Below, piece after piece: positions 60,258 to 63,383 of a DNA stretch of 63,383 nucleotides; positions within the stretch are counted from its first letter, which is position 1; each line of letters opens with the position of its first letter. Made by a program: the position numbers and the translations under genes. Origin of the DNA: Clostridia bacterium DTU065 (GTDB lineage: Bacteria > Bacillota > DTU065). Under the pieces are notes generated by a model. The model made no database searches. It saw only the letters and a list, made by a program, of their open reading frames with translations, and had not been told where the DNA came from. Location of the stretch: the NCBI GenBank assembly GCA_001512545.1, contig LFSI01000061.1:1-63383 (forward strand). The letters are read 5' to 3'.

Positions 60258-61167
60258 TTTCTCCTTTAGCCCTGGGATGAGCCTTAAAGTAAACCTCGCG
60301 CAGACGGCTCCGGCTCAAGTGAGTGTAGATCTGCGTGGTGGAAATGCTCTCGTGTCCCAAAAGCTCCTGCACAGACCGGATATCCGCGCCATTTTCCAAC
60401 ATATGGGTGGCAAAAGTATGTCTGAGGGAGTGCGGCGAGATGCCGCTGTTCAACCCTGCGATCTTCACATACTTATCTACCATATATTCAACTGTACGGG
60501 GATTGATGCGCATCCCCCGGCTGCTCACAAACACCGCTTCTGTCTCTTTACCTTTCAGCAGTGCATCCCTTGCCAGGGTAAGGTAGTCCTCAAGATAGTT
60601 GTAGGCGTAGTAGCCCAGAGGAGTAATGCGTTCCTTTCCTCCCTTGCCCCTAATCCTGAGGTAGCCGATATCCCAGTCGATATCTGTAAGGTTCAGGCCA
60701 ACAAGCTCGCTGAGTCTAAGACCTGCGCTGTAGAAAAGCTCCAGGATCGCTCTGTCCCGTCTCCCTATAGGCGTGGTGAGGTCTGGGGTTTCTAAAAGCT
60801 TCTCAATGTCCTTTGGATAGAGAAACAAAGGCAGATACTGCCCTTTTTTCGGCGTTTTGATGTCAACTATCGGATTATCTTGAAATAGATTCCTTTTTTC
60901 CAGATAGCGAAAAAAACTCCTTAGGGCTGCAAGCTTCCTGGCCACTGTGGTTCTTTCCCTTTTTAAATCGTACAGATAACCGAGATACTGCCTGACCTTT
61001 GCCGTGGTAAGTTCGTAACTGTCTTCTGCTTCCACATAATCCAGAAACTCCCGGATGTCCAGAGCATACGCCTGACACGTATGCTCCGAGTAGCCTTTTT
61101 CTGCCTGCAGAAAGAACATGAAGCGATCGAACCAGTCTTCTACACGTTTTTTAAGAACCAGCATCAC
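60244..61167 (-). CDS. xerC: Tyrosine recombinase XerC/CodV
   Basis: [32 protein letters not shown]; topA-xerC-hslVU synteny. Confidence 0.93.
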   Translation of the reverse strand: MMLVLKKRVEDWFDRFMFFLQAEKGYSEHTCQAYALDIREFLDYVEAEDSYELTTAKVRQYLGYLYDLKRERTTVARKLAALRSFFRYLEKRNLFQDNPIVDIKTPKKGQYLPLFLYPKDIEKLLETPDLTTPIGRRDRAILELFYSAGLRLSELVGLNLTDIDWDIGYLRIRGKGGKERITPLGYYAYNYLEDYLTLARDALLKGKETEAVFVSSRGMRINPRTVEYMVDKYVKIAGLNSGISPHSLRHTFATHMLENGADIRSVQELLGHESISTTQIYTHLSRSRLREVYFKAHPRAKGESEDV

Positions 61168-63242
61168 TCATCACCAGCCGGCATTCTGTTTCCGCACTCG
61201 CTGCTCAGACACAGATACTCTCTTTTTGCTCCTCTCCCCTTCACTGCCATGGTCTTGCCGCATTTCGGGCAGTTCTTCGCTGTAGGAGTATACCAGGTGG
61301 TAAACTCGCAGTCGGGATAGTTTTCACATCCGTAAAATACCCTGCCTTTTTTCGACCTGCGCTCAACCAACTTACCTCCATCAAGTGGGCAGGAGCCAGG
61401 CATCTCTTTAAGGAGCGGTTTGGTAAACCTGCATTCGGGAAAACCGGGACACGCCAGAAACCTCCCGTAACGGCCCATCTTCACTACTAACAGTCTCCCG
61501 CAGTTAGGACAGGGTTCATCAGTTTGTTCATCTGCGATTTCCACCTTGTCCGCAGTCTTTTCCGCCTTTTTCAGTTTTTCATCGAAAGCCGTGTAAAAAC
61601 CCTTTAAAATCTTTACCGGCGAGTTTTCTCCTTCTTCTATGGCATCCAACCGTGCTTCTAGTTCCCTAGTGAAATCCACATCGACAATGTCGTCGAAATA
61701 GTGTTTTAGAAGATCGACAGTTACCTGTCCCAGCTCGGTTGGCACGAGTTTTTTCTCCTCTTCAACGACGTATCCTCTTTTTTTGATGGTATCGATAATC
61801 GTCGCATAAGTTGAAGGTCTGCCGATGCCAAGTTCCTCTAGTTCCTTGACGAGGCTGGCCTGAGTGTATCTTGCCGGTGGCTGGGTGAAGTGCTGGTCTT
61901 CTTTCAGCTCTTTCAAGACGCAGCTTTGACCCTCAGCCAAAGACTCGGGAACTTCGCTCTCGGCGCCGTTGTCCTGTTCTGGATACAGGGTTAAAAAGCC
62001 CGGAAACTTCAGCGTCGATCCTGAAACGCTGAACAAGGCTCTCTGGTCTGTGCTGGCAATTTTTACCTGAACCGTGTCGTAGACGGCACTTTCTGCCTGA
62101 CTGGCCAAAAAGCGGCGCCAGATCAGCTCATACAGCCTGTACTGGTCTCTTGTCAGATACTGTTTGATGCTGTCGGGAGTTTTGTCCACGTAGCTCGGCC
62201 TGATGGCCTCGTGAGCATCCTGCGATTTTTTCCCCGACTGATAGGCTCTCGGCTTTGTAGGCACGTACTTATCGCCAAAACTCTCCTTGAGAAAAGCTCT
62301 GGCCTGGGCCGATGCCTGTTCCGAGATGCGCACTGAGTCTGTACGCATATAGGTGATAAGACCCACAGAGCCTTCTTTTCCCAGTTCAATTCCCTCGTAA
62401 AGCTGCTGAGCTACGCGCATCGTCCGCGAAGCAGCAAAGTTCAGCCTTCTAAAGGCTTCCTGCTGTAGAGTTGAAGTGGTAAAAGGAGGAAGTGGGTTTT
62501 TACGGCGTTCTTTTTTCTCAACACTTTGGATCGTATATGAAAAGCTTTTTAGCTGCGCAGAGACTGCCTGTGTCTGTTCGGCTGTTGCCAGCTCTGGCTT
62601 ATTTCCTTCCCATCTGGCAAGTTTCGCTCTGATCTCGCCGCTTTCAGTGGAAAAGATGCCGTCGATAGTCCAGTACTCTTCAGGTACGAAATTCTCAATC
62701 TCTTCTTCTCTCTCGGTGATCAGCCTCACCGCCACAGATTGGACTCTGCCGGCGCTCAAACCCTTTTTTACTTTTTTCCATAAAAAAGGACTCAGCCTGT
62801 AGCCGACGATGCGATCCAGTATTCGTCTGGTCTGCTGCGCATCTACCAGGTTGAAGTCTATGACCCGTGGAGATTTGGCCGCTGTTTTAACTGCTTCTTT
62901 GGTGATTTCGTTGAAAGCGATTCTGATCGGTTTGTGGGTATCCAGGTCAAGGATCTCTGCGAGATGCCAAGCTATGGCTTCGCCCTCGCGATCGGGGTCG
63001 GTGGCTATCAGGACGCGATCCGCTTTTTTAGCTTCTGCGCGTAGCTTCTTCAAGAGCTCACCTTTGCCCCGAATGGTAATATACTTCGGCTTGAAGTTGT
63101 CTTCTATGTCGACACCAAACTGACTCTTGGGTAGATCGCGCACGTGTCCCATGGACGCTTCAACTTTGTACGAAGAACCCAAGAATTTTTTGATGGTTTT
63201 GGCCTTGGCTGGTGATTCTACTATCAACAGAGTTTTCGCCAT
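61164..63242 (-). CDS. topA: DNA topoisomerase I
   Basis: VESPAKAKTI, DPDREGE, SAGRVQS, LITYMRTDS, C-terminal Zn ribbons. Confidence 0.99.
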   Translation of the reverse strand: MAKTLLIVESPAKAKTIKKFLGSSYKVEASMGHVRDLPKSQFGVDIEDNFKPKYITIRGKGELLKKLRAEAKKADRVLIATDPDREGEAIAWHLAEILDLDTHKPIRIAFNEITKEAVKTAAKSPRVIDFNLVDAQQTRRILDRIVGYRLSPFLWKKVKKGLSAGRVQSVAVRLITEREEEIENFVPEEYWTIDGIFSTESGEIRAKLARWEGNKPELATAEQTQAVSAQLKSFSYTIQSVEKKERRKNPLPPFTTSTLQQEAFRRLNFAASRTMRVAQQLYEGIELGKEGSVGLITYMRTDSVRISEQASAQARAFLKESFGDKYVPTKPRAYQSGKKSQDAHEAIRPSYVDKTPDSIKQYLTRDQYRLYELIWRRFLASQAESAVYDTVQVKIASTDQRALFSVSGSTLKFPGFLTLYPEQDNGAESEVPESLAEGQSCVLKELKEDQHFTQPPARYTQASLVKELEELGIGRPSTYATIIDTIKKRGYVVEEEKKLVPTELGQVTVDLLKHYFDDIVDVDFTRELEARLDAIEEGENSPVKILKGFYTAFDEKLKKAEKTADKVEIADEQTDEPCPNCGRLLVVKMGRYGRFLACPGFPECRFTKPLLKEMPGSCPLDGGKLVERRSKKGRVFYGCENYPDCEFTTWYTPTAKNCPKCGKTMAVKGRGAKREYLCLSSECGNRMPAGDE

Positions 63243-63257
63243 CTAGGTCATCCTTTC

Positions 63258-63383
63258 TTAGTTAGGCAGCTCCTGTGTTGAAGACAGAACTCCTGCAACA
63301 AAATCCGCTCTGCTTTTGTCTTCCAGTACTAGGTTGATTGCCTTCGAGAGATAGTCCGATTCGTCTTGTTCTTTTGCCAAGTT
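63258..63383 (-). CDS. 3' end of an unidentified CDS upstream of topA (partial)
   Basis: Open frame NLAKEQDESDYLSKAINLVLEDKSRADFVAGVLSSTQELPN* ending just before the topA SD. Confidence 0.5.
   Translation of the reverse strand, partial: NLAKEQDESDYLSKAINLVLEDKSRADFVAGVLSSTQELPN

Noticed and set aside
59872-60795. Long antisense ORFs (this 307-aa one, also 2839-3630, 12-632 and many others)
   Set aside because: Shadow frames opposite well-conserved genes, with no motifs or SD support.
60244-61167. Tyrosine recombinase as a phage or ICE integrase
   Set aside because: The topA-xerC-hslVU context and size indicate housekeeping XerC/CodV.
1-63383. tRNA, rRNA, prophage or known defence systems
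   Set aside because: No supporting motifs seen by eye; intergenic gaps are short and mostly explained by promoters and terminators.

Overview
This is a chromosomal window from a flagellated, endospore-forming Bacillota (Firmicutes) bacterium; the lineage is inferred from PolC, SpoIID, SpmAB, a SleB-like hydrolase and a SigD-type flagellar operon. Most genes are on the - strand and follow the conserved order topA-xerC-hslV-hslU ... flgB to fliA/sigD ... rpsB-tsf-pyrH-frr-uppS-cdsA-dxr-rseP-ispG ... polC. An approximately 19 kb variable block sits between hslU and flgB. The standout element is a 1252-nt group IIA intron (45121-46372, -) splitting a class II ribonucleotide reductase gene (nrdJ) in frame at NSPTLM|NAG. 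Its ribozyme looks intact: GUGCG start, EBS1/EBS2/delta pairings matched to the host exons, canonical domain V, bulged branch A. Its encoded protein is a 258-aa open but heavily streamlined maturase with no RT catalytic motifs and no endonuclease, suggesting a domesticated, splicing-only intron. Other points of note are two paralogous ~80-nt candidate sRNAs with matching forespore-sigma-like promoters flanking a GntR/ABC operon, a PolC with no exonuclease insert but a complete PHP metal site, a LexA-boxed imuB-like/small-ORF/dnaE2 cassette, a caspase-fold lipoprotein, a flagellar operon with no che genes, and an IS fragment at the left edge. All product calls come from motif recognition; no database searches were run.
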